In this document: in pieces, positions 38,536 to 57,737 of the stretch
How the letters are laid out: each line of letters opens with the position of its first letter
Numbering within the stretch: the first letter of the stretch is position 1
From: Macrostomum lignano
Lineage: Eukaryota
Reading direction: 5' to 3'
NCBI GenBank assembly: GCA_002269645.1
Contig: NIVC01003743.1
Location: 1-64,000 of the forward strand
DNA length: 64,000 nucleotides
Position numbers and translations under genes: made by a program
Notes under the pieces: generated by a model
Told to the model about the DNA's origin: nothing
Seen by the model: only the letters and a program-made list of their open reading frames with translations
Databases searched by the model: none

Positions 38536-39273
38536 ACTAGATATGTCACTCGCAAAAAATCCGCTTATCTACTACTCTTCAGGAGCAAACGTAGCGTTTT
38601 TTGCCTTTAAAATAGTAAAATCAGAAATTTAATATAAAAAATTACAAGAACATTTTTTGCTTCAGCAAACCCTTGTTTAATTGACTCCAGACTGCCTCAG
38701 ACTTGACATTATTCAAAAAGAAATAAATTCAAGACTAAGGATTCCAAGAAAACGTGAAATATCTATAGCGAGCAAAAGAGAAAAGGGGTCGAACCCAACC
38801 CCCCAGCCAGGCCGATAAACAGGTCGGCTTTCCTCTTGTCCGCTTGTGTCTGATTTTGATATCCCTCCTTACTGCTCTCTCATTGGCTGAGCCAGGTTAG
38901 GCCTGTCCCCCAGGCTGATTTTCGTCCGTCTGACTTTGATCTCTCTCCTTACTGCTCTCTGATTGGCTGAGCCAGATTGGACCTGCCCCTAGACTGAGTT
39001 TCGTCCGTCTGACTGACCTCTTTCCTTACTGCTCTCTCATTGGCTGAGCTAGATTGGGCTCCCTAGGCTGAGTTTCTTTACGTCTTTACGTTCACTTGTG
39101 TACATCAAGTTAAGTGCTTGTTGTTCATTCTTGACCCCATATGCTCCTGAGGGTGCAAACACCGAGGAAGACAAGATATTTTAGCTACCACATAAAATTC
39201 AAGTGACACTGCGCACTGGCGCAGACAAACTACTGAAATAAGAGTAGACGTTGTACTTTTCAGAAATTCTAGT
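38536..39273 (-). mobile_element. TIR element (copy B) of the same family as 31512-32231, inverted
   Basis: ACTAGATATGTCACTCGCAA left end, ...GAAATTCTAGT right end. CTCTCATTGGCTGAGCC units at 38865-39075. 39085-39260 aligns to the reverse complement of 31545-31730. Confidence 0.75.
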
Positions 39274-39634
39274 TAGTCTAGCATCTGTCCAAGTAACTAA
39301 TGCAGTAAGCTAGTCAATTAGTGTTTATTTATAACTTGTTATTGAGCTCTTTGATCGCATTTTAATGCGTGCTTAAATTAATTGAAATTTATGCTTAATA
39401 AACTATTATTATATTGACTGTTGTTATTGTGTGCCTTTATGTATGCTTTAGTGTCCTTATTTGCCTAAAGAATCACTAATAAATGATGACTTCATATTGT
39501 CTTACAAATATTTTGTCGCTTTCATTTCTATGAACAATTCTTTCTTGAGTTAATAATCATAATGCAACGACAAATTAATTTCAGCAAAGATCCCCTGACA
39601 GAACCAAGCTGATTGAGTAGCAACACTAGTGTAA

Positions 39635-46182
<6,548 letters not shown>

Positions 46183-47929
46183 CAAAACACACGATTTTTT
46201 GCAAACAATCTGAATAAAATTTTGGAAAAACTCTTATTCGACTACTTAAATAAACTTCATCACAAAAGTAGTGTAAAGAGTTTTTTGTTTGTAAATTTAG
46301 TTTTTGTCTCAGTTATTTTTTCCGGTTATTAACAAAATCCGGTTTCTCTTTGGTTTAAATACTCGTATTTCGAGTCCATTGGTTTATTTTTGCTACTCGC
46401 TACCAGTGAAAAAAAACAAATTAATTAATCAATAATGCTTCGCTAATACATATTTATGTACAGTAGGACTGTACCGTATTGCGCCTGTCTAGCTTATCGT
46501 GTCTGCTGGATCTTGTTAAACAATAAATTTATTTTTGCATAATTTTTTCTATTTATTATATTTTGCTTTCATCTTCAATACCATTAGTAGGGCTTGAGGA
46601 AAACTTGTTTTGAAACTCTTCCGCTGTCGTAGGTTATATAAGTTTCTTAGCCTTGATTATAGTACTATTAGTAGTGTAAAAAACTGCTGTAACTACTCTC
46701 TTTTAGAGTAGAAGAAAATGCACATAAGCCATGCCTCTCACCCTTTTGTGTGTGCGTCTTTGCAATTTTTTTCTGCTTCTGCTGTTCTTTGGCCTCCCAA
46801 GTTTGTCGGCGGTGTTGCTGCTGCTGGTGATGCAGATGGATGCAAACAATGCCTGCTTTGTTATTAAAATTGGCACAAATTCATTTTAACTTACCCTGTA
46901 TTCATTTGATGCATATTTTCTATTCGCGTAATCATCATAATTTATACTGTAAAAATTTAAATTTGTAAAAAAATTCGTTAAATACAGTAAATCCTTGGGC
47001 ATTAGCATCCTGAATTGCTGCACTCGACTATTCTATTGTCACGGACTTGTTAATCTACTTTTTAATTTGAGAATCAATTGTTAATAGAGGCATATTTTCT
47101 TATTAATTTATTGTATTATCGTTTATCGTTTATCTGACATTATGTTTTTTCGCTAATTTTCTAGTTGGTAGGTCAGAAAGCTCATCTGATAGTCTTCAGG
47201 AATCGTCCACTTAAACAAAGTCCTATTCAAATTCGCGCTAAAAAGGACCTCGTTGAAATTTTTAAAACGTTCTTTTTTGGTTCGAATTTAAATTTGATTT
47301 TGTTGCCGAGTTGATTCTTCAACATTTTCGCTCATTTGCTCTCAGTTTTTTGTCATTGTTATTTTGTTATTTCTTAATTTTCCATGCCATTGAAATTGAA
47401 ATTGCTGTTGCTGCTTTTGTTACTGTATCAGTAATATTTGTTTATAAATAATCCGCTGCAAAACTAACAATATTGAAGGCTTATTGGCTATTTGTAAAAT
47501 TTCTCCTGTTCGTTTATTGAACTGATTAGTTTAATATTTCTTATTTAAATATAAAATATCTCGTTCGTTCTTCTATCATTGATCGATAAAATTGGTTTGA
47601 GTCATAAAAATCGTTTTAAAAAATCATAAAAAGCAAAAATTGATCCATTCTTCTGTTTTCAATGGAGCTGGTCTGTTTTTTTAACCAAATTTGACCAGAT
47701 ATTTGCCAGCCAGAGATTTGCTCGTTCTACGTAAAGATAATTTCCTTATATTACATGCACATGTAAGTAGTTAAGGCATTTTTCACTCGATGATATGACC
47801 TGAGCCGCGAGCCTTAATATGTACTTTATATATATCTAGTGTATATCGCATGTACATATGCATGAGTTATGAATTTTGGGGCCGTTCAGTTAATGTCGAT
47901 TGGGTATAAATTGGTATAACAAATTGGGT

Positions 47930-49030
47930 GAAATTCCGCCGTGTCATCGAGGAGGCGCGCATCCGCCAGTCTACGCTGATCATTTGTCTTCGTTGACTTT
48001 CGAAAGGCGTTTGCTTGACTCGGTGTTGAGAGCCGCGCTTCTTTTGTCCTTCGAGCCTACCGGGTCCGCAGCAGCTGTCATGTCGCTGTTCTGCAGGGCG
48101 ACACACTAGCGCCGTTCCTCTTCGTGCTGCTGCTGCTGCATGGACTGGATGCTTTGGACCGCACTCCCCTCGGCTGATGACGGCTTCCTGCTGCGCAGAC
48201 GCATCAGTCGCCGCCACTGCAAAAAGCGCCTGAGCGTGCTTGGCTACGCCGACGATCTCGCCCTCCTGTTCTCGGCCGTTGAAGGCGCCCAGCGCCAGAT
48301 CGACAATAGGTTGGTTGAGGTGGCATCGAGCGTCGGTCTGGTTGTCAACACACTGAAGACCGAGGAGCTGACTGTGCCAGCCGACATCCCAGCGGACCTG
48401 ACGTGCCGCGGCGCAGAGGGGCAGACGGCCAAGCTCGTACGCTGCCAGTGGTTCACCTTACCACGGCGGTCTGGTGCCCACGTGAAGGAAGACCTCCGGC
48501 GGCGCAGAGGACTTGCCTGGGCGGCCTTCCGTTCAATCCGAGCCGTCCTCCAGTCCGAAGCGCTGCCTGACCGCCAGAGGGCTCGGCTGTGGCAGGCGGT
48601 GGTCGAAACCATCCTGCATACAACGCAGAGACGTGGACGTTGACGGCTACGCTGGAGCATCTAGCAGCTGCATGGACTCGACGCACTCAGGGCTGCAGCT
48701 GACGAGAGCGTCAGGACCGAGGCCCTGTACGATCGAGCCAAGCTGTAGCGCCCGTCCGTCATTCTTCGATGATGGCGCTAACGACTTCAACTGGCGGGTT
48801 ACATGTACTGTACGTGATCCGGGCCCCGGCCTAGCCCCCGAACCTGTTCAGGACGTCTTGCTGCTCACACCTTGCAGGGCCCGTTTCAGGCGGGGTCAGG
48901 CCCGAACCTGTCGATACGTGGACTGCCTGCTATGCGACGCTAGGGCACCCGACACTGCCAACGTGGCGAACTTCGTCCGCTCTCAGGCTCTGCCATCTGA
49001 CGCGCCCTGCTCTAACTGTGACTTACATGC
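47930..49030 (+). mobile_element. 5'-truncated, frameshifted non-LTR retrotransposon RT fragment, probably RTE clade
   Basis: Across frames: RRVIEEARIRQSTLII..FVDFRKAF, QGDTLAPFLF, VLGYADDLALL, VGLVVNTLKTE, RRRRGLAWAAF, AVVETIL. Several frameshifts and an internal deletion before QGD. Confidence 0.9.
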
Positions 49031-49173
49031 GGTGCTGCGTATTTTGCTGTTGTGACTTTATTTTCACCAACTTAATAATACTAATAATATTGATTACACC
49101 TTACCCTGATGAGCAGATCTGCAACCGACAGCTCAGCAGCCGCAGCTATTTCACGGCGAATCTGAAGGCTGCG

Positions 49174-49368
49174 TACGGCTGTTCAGTCCAAAGACTGGGG
49201 GGTCGCCACACACCCTTAATCAACTCATTCTACCCATTCTACGTACAGCTGAGTAAACTGAAGCAATGCAGAGTTAAGTGTCTTTCTCAAGGACACAAAC
49301 TCCTCCTAGTAGGCCCCAACCTTTTGGTTGTAACTTGTAAGTCCGACGCTCTAACAGGCTGAAACCCC
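49174..49368 (-). mobile_element. Family 1 CORE-like SINE (tail probably continues to ~49080)
   Basis: Reverse strand AGAGCGTCGGACT...GTGTCCTTGAGAAAGACACTTAACTCTGCATTGCTTCAGTTTACTCAGCTGT...GGACTGAACAGCCGTA, homologous to 9294-9477. Confidence 0.8.
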
Positions 49369-50494
49369 TTTGACTTGTTCAACTGCTTAAAGTAGTAGAA
49401 TAAAAGTATATACGAGTAGAAGTATATTTCACTCCATTTTGCTAGCGATTTCGTTTAAATGTTTGAAATCGAATCGCGAACAAATTTGTCTATATCTAAA
49501 TCTATTCATATTTATAAAAAGCCTTGGATTCAATTTCCATGGTAAAATTTGTTGGTTGAAGTTTGTTTATGCGAAATTATATACTGGTTCAGACATTGCC
49601 ATAATAGGTCAATTTTGTGATGGAGAGGAATAATTATCATCATAACTCTTCCGGTTTTGAGCATGAAATTTCAGTACAACTAAATATAGCTAGTTTTAAC
49701 CTATCCTCCAACGCCGTCTTAACTAAAAAGGACTTCATTGCGGACGTTATTATCATACAGATTTGTGAATTATTTGCGCGTAAGATAGACTTTGTGAACG
49801 TTATGCTGTTATATTCTTTCTTTTATCAAATTAACTCTTTTCCTGTTCGATTGCGTAGCCAGGAAAGGGCATGTTGTATGTAGTGTATGTTTCCTTTAGT
49901 TAGACTGCCTGTATAAAAGCAATTTAGTTGTGCGGCGTGCTGTGCTGTGTGCTGTGCCTTTGCCCTCTAGCTGCGCAGCCAGTATAAAAAAGACCATATG
50001 GGGCCGTAGGGTTTGGTCAAATGCGTTTCTTAATTTAAGTGGCTTACTTTATAGTTCAGTTTTGAGGGTCGGTCCGCGGTCTACGGTCGAGGCATAAATG
50101 TACATTCATTGCCCGGCCCCCTCCCTGTGCGTACATTTATCTCAACCGCTCTTTCGGCCCAACCCCCACCCAGTGCGGAATGGAAAGGAACTCTGCGTAC
50201 ATTGGCTCCCCCATGGGGCAGGCTTGTACGTTCCCGCAAAGAGGAAGGGTTTTATGACTATCCAAAAGGCAAGCCTCAATAGACGAAAGCGACACAGCAG
50301 CAGACCCCCGCCTCGCCTCTCCTTTCCCCCTTCAGTCAGTCAGTCGGCCTGAACTGCAATTATCGCGGCTTGTCAGCTGGGCCTTGTCCGTTCATTTAAC
50401 TCAAACTTATTTGAACCCATAAAATAGTTTGAGTCTTGAAAATTGCTCTCTAATTGCTGTTAAATACTAGGTAATTAAATTGTAAAATCGGACT

Positions 50495-53400
50495 ATGACC
50501 AAGCTTGACGTCTTCGAATTCAAATTAGAGAATCCCGGCCGGCCTATTCTAACTGGCGGCGTTGTACGCGGCGAATTGCTGCTTCGATTAAAGAAAGACG
50601 TCGACATAGCCAGAATAATGGTGCACCTGTTTGGCGGCGGTCAAGTTGAATTCCAAGACGGCCAGGGCGCGACGGGTTCTAGGTCAACTACTGTGTGCGA
50701 AGATAACGAGACCTATATTCGATTGGCGCAGATTGTCTACGCCAAGGTTAGTAATGATTATTATAGTAATAATAATTAAATATCCTTAAGGAACAGGCAG
50801 TTCTTACTTCTTAGCTTCAATCAATTTTCTGGCTCTAATGCTGGTACAGGAGTGTAGTATTGACTAGAATGGTTTGTCTGGAATCTGGATATATCGTGTA
50901 GCTGAACTAAACCAATGCCCCATCTGCCTCTGGGTACTTTGTTTCATAGCGGCATAGCTTAGCTTATGTCGTGTCGCAACCAGCTTTCACTTTGGGATCC
51001 TGAGTGAATTTGAAGTTTGAACCCTTGTCGCTTGATGGCTAGTTGATGCCTATTTGGTACCCGTACCTGGTTCTTTCCCAGCTCGATGCCATTTAATTTA
51101 AGTTCCGCATTTTTGTAATTCTTATTTTATTTCTGTTACTCAATCCCGGCTTTAGTTTAGGGATCTCCTTAACTTCCCTAATCCCTTCAGGTATGATTGA
51201 AGGAAAGCTTAGGAAAGATTAGTTAAAGAGATGATTGAAGGATTAGTGAAGTTAAGGTATTATTGAAGGGATTAAGGAAATTAAGGTGATTGATGGATTA
51301 GGGAAGTTAAGTAGCTGCCTGAGGGGATTATGTAAGTTAAGTAGCTGCCTGAGGGGATTAGAGAAGTTAAATAGCTGCCTGAGGGGATTAGGGAAGTTAA
51401 GTAGCTGCCTGAGGGGATTAGGGAAGTTAAGTAGCTGCCTGAGGGGATTAGGGAAGTTAAGTAGCTGCCTGAGGGGATTAGGGAAGTTAAGTAGCTGCCT
51501 GAAGGGGATTAGGGAAGTTAAGTAGCTGCCTGAGGGGATTAAGGAAGTTAAGTAGCTGCCTGAGGGGATTAGGAAGTTAAGTAGCTGCCTGAGGGGATTA
51601 GGAAGTTAAGTAGCTGCCTGAGGGGATTAGGGAAGTTAATGAAATGCCTGAGGGGATTAGGGAAGTTAAGTAGCTGCCTGAGGGGATTAGGGAAGTTAAG
51701 TAGCTGCCTGAGGGGATTAGGGAAGTTAAGTAGCTGCCTGAGGGGATTAGGGAAGTTAAGTAGCTGCCTGAGGGGATTAAGGAAGTTAAGTAGCTGCCTG
51801 AGGGGATTAGGAAGTTAAGTAGCTGCCTGAGGGGATTAGGAAGTTAAGTAGCTGCCTGAGGGGATTAGGGAAGTTAAGTAGCTGCCTGAGGGGATTAGGG
51901 AAGTTAAGTAGCTGCCTGAGGGGATTAAGGAAGTTAAGTAGCTGCCTGAGGGGATTAGGGAAGTTAAGAAGATGTTTGAGGGGATTAGGGAAGTTAATGA
52001 AATGCCTGAGGGGATTAGGGAAGTTAAGTAGCTGCCTGAGGGGATTAAGGAAGTTAAGTAGCTGCCTGAGGGGATTAGGGAAGTTAAGTAGCTGCCTGAG
52101 GGGATTAGGGAATTTAAGTAGCTGCCTGAGGGGATTAGGGAAGTTAAGTAGCTGCCTGAGGGGATTAAGGAAGTTAAGTAGCTGCCTGAGGGGATTAGGG
52201 AAGTTAAGTAGCTGCCTGAGGGGATTAGGGAAGTTAAGTAGCTGCCTGAGGGGATTAAGGAAGTTAAGTAGCTGCCTGAGGGGATTAAGGAAGTTAAGTA
52301 GCTGCCTGAGGGGATTAGGGAAGTTAAGAAGATGTTTGAGGGGATTAGGGAAGTTAATGAAATGCCTGAGGGGATTAGGGAAGTTAAGTAGCTGCCTGAG
52401 GGGATTAAGGAAGTTAAGTAGCTGCCTGAGGGGATTAGGGAAGTTAAGTAGCTGCCTGAGGGGATTAGGGAAGTTAAGTAGCTGCCTGAGGGGATTAGGG
52501 AAGTTAAGTAGCTGCCTGAGGGGATTAAGGAAGTTAAGTAGCTGCCTGAGGGGATTAGGGAAGTTAAGTAGCTGCCTGAGGGGATTAGGGAAGTTAAGTA
52601 GCTGCCTGAGGGGATTAAGGAAGTTAAGTAGCTGCCTGAGGGGATTAGGGAAGTTAAGTAGCTGCCTGAGGGGATTAGGGAAGTTAAGTAGCTGCCTGAA
52701 GGGGATTAGGGAAGTTAAGTAGCTGCCTGAGGGGATTAAGGAAGTTAAGTAGCTGCCTGAGGGGATTAGGGAAGTTAAGTAGCTGCCTGAGGGGATTAGG
52801 GAAGTTAAGTAGCTGCCTGAGGGGATTAAGGAAGTTAAGTAGCTGCCTGAGGGGATTAGGGAAGTTAAGTAGCTGCCTGAGGGGATTAGGGAAGTTAAGT
52901 AGCTGCCTGAGAGGATTAGGGAAGTTAAGTAGCTGCCTGAGGGGATTAGGGAAGTTAAGTAGCTGCCTGAGAGGATTAGGGAAGTTAAGTAGCTGCCTGA
53001 GGGATTAGGGAAGTTAAGTAGCTGCCTGAGAGGATTAGGGAAGTTAAGTAGCTGCCTGAGGGGATTAAGGAAGTTAAGAAGATGTTTGAGGGGATTAGGG
53101 AAGTTAATGAAATGCCTGAAGGGATTAGGAATTCGTGAGGCAACCTACCTAACTGCCAACCCAAACCCAACCCGCCACCTGCAGTCGAACCCGTCAGCCA
53201 AAAAAATTTCTCGCAACGAACTCTACAAGTGCCCGTTCGAATTTCACCTGCCAGCTGATCTGCCCAGCTCGTTCATGACCGTGGTGTACTACAAGCTGAC
53301 CGCCTTCCTAGACTGCGGCGGAAAAAGTCACGAGGTCACCTTACCGCTGGTTGTTATTAACGATCTAGATCTTAATAAGTACTCTGGAAGGTTACACCTG

Positions 53401-55418
53401 GCCGAACCAATCGATGCCTGGTCGCCAAGTCGCTCCAAATTGGACACCGGCCTAGTAACCGCTCGATTAGTTGCCACTAAGAGAGGCTACGGTTTCGGGG
53501 AGACTATTGTCTTGCAAATCGAAATTTATAACAACTCCAAGGCTAAATTGGAGAATTTGAACGCCTGTCTGGTGCAGAAGGGCATTCTGAAAGTAAGTTT
53601 ACTCAAAAAAACATTTTTTGTAACATAATTTAACAAAATTGAGCATTCCCCAGAAGATTGTCTTGTCAGAAGATAGTCCTTGAAGAAGAAGATTGCCTGC
53701 CTGATAGTCCCTGAAGAAGATTGTCGTCCTGATGAAGAAGATTGCCTGATGGTCCCTAAAAAAAGAAGATTGTTTTCCTTATAGTCCTTAAAGAAAATTG
53801 TCTTCCCGATAGTCCCTAAAAAAAGAAGATTGGTTTCCTTATAGTCCTTAAAGAAAATTGTCTTCCCGATAGTCCCTTAAGAAGAAGATTGTCTGCCTGA
53901 TAGTCCCTGAAGAAGAAGATTGTCTGCCTGATAGTCCCTGAAGAAGAAGATTGTCTGCCTGATAGTCCCTGAAGAAGAAGATTGTCTGCCTGATAGTCCC
54001 TGAAGAAGAAGATTGTCTGCCTGATAGTCCCTGATGAATAAATTATGAATATTGTTTTCATTCCTAGTCAAGAGTATTAAAAAAAGACACGATTGTCTTC
54101 TAGTCTTTCCCTGGTCGCGCAGCTTCTATCATTGGATCCCTTTCGCTTCTTCCCCAGGCATACAGCAACAGCGGCGCCCAGTTCCGTCGAGTGCAGCGGC
54201 TGCTGGTGAAACACGTGAGCCTGGGCAAACTGCGCCAGGGTGAACGACTCACGCCTGAGGATATTCGAATCCAGGTGCCCTGGGTTGTCACCAGCGATAT
54301 GGACAAGTTTACTAAGCTGATCGAGATCGAATACTATGTTCAGGTGGGTAAACTTTTGGAATGGGGTATGGGGGAATTGCGGCACCCACTGAACCATGAG
54401 ATTGATGGGGAATTGCGGCACACACTGAACCATGAGATTGATGGGGAATTGCAGCTCCCAGTGAACCATGAGATTGATGGGGAATTGCGGCACCCACTGA
54501 ACCATGAGATTGATGGGGAATTGCGGCACACACTGAACCATGAGATTGATGGGGAATTGCGGCTCCCAGTGAACCATGAGATTGATGGGGAATTGCAGCT
54601 CCCACTGAACCATGAGATTGATGGGGAATTGCGGCACCCACTGAACCATGAGATTGATGGGGAATTGCGGCACCCACTGAACCATGAGATTGATGGGGAA
54701 TTGCAGCTCCCAGTGAACCATTAGATTGATGGGGAATTGCGGCACTCACTGAACCATGAGATTGAAGGGGAATTGTTGCTCCCAGTGAACCATGAGATTG
54801 ATGGGGAATTGCGGCACCCACCGAACCATGAGATTGATGGGGAATTGCGGCACTCACTGAACAATGAGATTGATGGTGAATTGCGGCACACACTGAACCA
54901 TGAGATTGATAGGGAATTGCGGCACATGAGATTGATAGGGAATTGCGGCACACGAGATTGATGGGGAATTGCGGCTCCCAGTAATTCTCACCTAAACGGG
55001 GAATCGCTCCGCCTCCCCCTCGCAGATCACCAGCAGCACGCAGATGCTGTCGGCAGTCACCGGCCAGCCGCTATCGCAGGTGGTTTGCATCGGACCAGAC
55101 TACCGGAAGTCCGAGTTAGTCAGCGTACTGTTAGAGGAACAAATCGCTATCGGAGTTCGAGCGCTCCGGGAGCCTAACGGAGTTGGCGCTGTCGGCTTGC
55201 AGACGCAACAGTCGCAGCAGACGAGCTCGTCTCTCTACCCAAGCTTGTCTACTACACCGTCGGCTCCACCGCCTGACAGCTCGGATTTGGCGATGTTCAC
55301 CATGGTGCCGACGGCGCCGCCTAGCTACGACGAGGCGCTGACGCATCAGAAAGCGCCGATTGAAGAGGCCGCCGGAGCTAGCAGCAGCGGGAACGGCGGT
55401 GATGTGGCTGAAGATTGA
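50495..55418 (+). CDS. ARRDC: Alpha-arrestin (arrestin domain-containing protein), 4 exons, ~412 aa
   Basis: Exons 50495-50746, 53185-53592, 54158-54343 and 55026-55418, all phase 0. Arrestin_N (VVRGELLLRLKK..IMVHLFGGG; PFEFHLPADLPSSF), Arrestin_C (KRGYGFGETIVLQIEIYNNS), C-terminal PPSY. Confidence 0.9.
51280..53130. repeat. 30-bp G-rich minisatellite, arrestin intron 1
   Basis: Unit GAGGGGATTAGGGAAGTTAAGTAGCTGCCT, about 60 copies. Confidence 0.95.
53650..54035. repeat. 31-bp minisatellite, arrestin intron 2
   Basis: Unit GAAGAAGAAGATTGTCTGCCTGATAGTCCCT. Confidence 0.9.
54365..54985. repeat. 36-bp minisatellite, arrestin intron 3
   Basis: Unit GAACCATGAGATTGATGGGGAATTGCGGCACCCACT with variants. 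Confidence 0.95.
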
Positions 55419-55499
55419 TTGCTTGATTAATTTTTTATTAAACTATTGATGCGTTAACTGAATTATCAGTTGATTAACTGATGTGTTGATTGACTTATA

Positions 55500-56940
55500 T
55501 GTTGATTAATTTATCAGTTGATTGATTGATGAGTTGATTGATTGATGAGTTGATTGATTGATGAGTTGATTGATTGATGAGTTGATTGATTGATGAGTTG
55601 ATTGATTGGTGAGTTTATTGATTGATGAGTTTATTGATTGATGAGTTGATTGATTGATGAGTTGATTGATTGATGAGTTGATTGATTGATGAGTTGATTG
55701 ATTGATGAGTTGATTGATTGATGAGTTGATTGATTGATCAGTTGATTGATTGATGAGTTGATTGATTGATGAGTTGATTGATTGATGAGTTGATTGATTG
55801 ATCAGTTGATTGATTGATGAGTTGATTGATTGATGAGTTGATTGATTGATCAGTTGATTGATTGATCAGTTGATTGATTGATCAGTTGATTGATTGATCA
55901 GTTGATTGATTGATGAGTTGATTGATTGATCAGTTGATTGATTGATCAGTTGATTGATTGATCAGTTGATTGATTGATGAGTTGATTGATTGATCAGTTG
56001 ATTGATTGATCAGTTGATTGATTGATCAGTTGATTGATTGATCAGTTGATTGATTGATGAGTTAATTGATTGATCAGTTGATTGATCGATCAGTTGATTG
56101 ATTGATCAGTTGATTGATTGATGAGTTGATTGATTGATCAGTTGATTGATTGATCAGTTGATTGATTGATCAGTTGATTGATTGATCAGTTGATTGATTG
56201 ATCAGTTGATTGATTGATGAGTTGATTGATTGATCAGTTGATTGATTGATCAGTTGATTGATTGATGAGTTGATTGATTGATCAGTTGATTGATTGATCA
56301 GTTGATTGATTGATGAGTTGATTGATTGATGAGTTGATTGATTGATCAGTTGATTGATTGATCAGTTGATTGATTGATCAGTTGATTGATTGATCAGTTG
56401 ATTGATTGATCAGTTGATTGATTGATGAGTTGATTGATTGATGAGTTGATTGATTGATCAGTTGATTGATTGATTGAGTTGATTTGAATGATTGATTGAT
56501 GAGTTGATTGATTGATGAGTTGATTGATTGATGAGTTTATCGTTGATTGATCAGTTGATTAATTAATCAGCTGATTGATTGATGAGTTGATGATTGATCA
56601 GTTGATTGATTGATCAGTTGATTGATTGATGAGTTGATTGATTGATCAGTTGATTGATTGATCAGTTGATTGATTGATGAGTTGATTGATTGATCAGTTG
56701 ATTGATTGATGAGTTGATTGATTAATGAGTTGACTGATTGATCAGTTAATTGATCGATCAGTTGATTGATTGATGTGTTGATTGATTGAGGGTTTGATTG
56801 ATTGATGAGTTGACTGATTGATGTGTTGATTGATCGATCAGTTGATTGATTGATTGATGTGTTGATTGATTGATGTGTTGATTGATTTTTGAGTTGATTG
56901 ATTGATGTGTTGATTGATGGATATGCTGATTGATTGATTT
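55500..56940. repeat. 16-bp GTTGATTGATTGAT(G/C)A array downstream of arrestin
   Basis: Direct reading. Confidence 0.95.
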
Positions 56941-57226
56941 TTCTTAAAATATTGATATTTTGAATGAGTGCTCTTTTGATTAATTCGGTCGTGGATAAAC
57001 TGAATTGATTTTCTAATGTTTAATAATTCGTTCTTGGATATAAATAACTCAATGAAGTTTTTATGAAAGAAGTTATCTATCAGTTATTAATTCATGTTAC
57101 ATTGGTTGATTGATTGATTTGTTTGATAAATTGATTGATGATAAAACCAAACCGGTCAAGTGATTTTGCTTTTCCCCGCTTACTGCTTGCGTCTACTAAT
57201 CGCTGATAATTTAAAATGTACTTTTA

Positions 57227-57290
57227 GCGAGTAAACTTCTGGAGAAACTATTACACAGATGCCTCGTCAGCTAATTAGTTACGCCTGAAT
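57227..57290 (+). other. Degenerate 28S rRNA fragment with the 13-nt target core deleted, copy 3
   Basis: 22/28 to GCGGGTAAACGGCGGGAGTAACTATGAC, then directly 26/30 to CCAAATGCCTCGTCATCTAATTAGTGACGC. TCTCTTAAGGTAG is absent. Confidence 0.8.
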
Positions 57291-57737
57291 AGCCGTAATT
57301 CTTGGGGAATTTGTCTAAAAATCTGTAGTTGATTTAACCTGACTTTATATCTCTGCAGATCTTCCAGCTTGTATTGCAAAGCTGTCTTTACAAGCGATCT
57401 ATAAATTTAAAGTTGTCAATTTATTCTGCGCTAAAATTGCTTCTATAGTGGATTTTTAATAGTAGCAATTTCGAAAATCGTATGCCTCGCTTCTACATAA
57501 ATTTTATCCTTTAAAATCTGTTCTGGCCGTCTCTGTCGATTGGTAAATGTCAGAATAGATAAATTGTGCCATGCCCTGTAAGTAATACTATGCTACTGTA
57601 AGTAGCGCTGGTATATTACCAATCGGGTAATTCTTTGTCTCATTCAACTTTTTAATTGATATTAGTATTTTTTGTTGTAGTTATTTAATTTTCGTTCTTT
57701 TGTACCTACTATGTGGCGCAAATTATGCTTAATATTT

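Noticed and set aside
46689-46742. Possible fourth 28S-target fragment (GTAACTA-CTCTCTT..GTAG..AAATGC..ATGCCTC)
   Set aside because: Needs several gaps in AT-rich sequence, so it is not distinguishable from chance by eye. Worth including in a BLASTN.
47165-47300. Minus-strand KERFKNFN...WTIPE, reminiscent of the Exo70 C-terminus
   Set aside because: Short, bounded by stops, AT-rich unlike host exons, and the spacing is off by two residues.
49105-49125. Hammerhead-like CTGATGA followed by a GCA-GATC-TGC stem
   Set aside because: No GAAA after stem II and no stem I partner.
54344-54961. Arrestin intron 3 reads almost open in frame with exon 3
   Set aside because: A 36-bp unit lacks stops in a given frame about half the time by chance. 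There is a TAG at 54722 and the intron length is not a multiple of 3.
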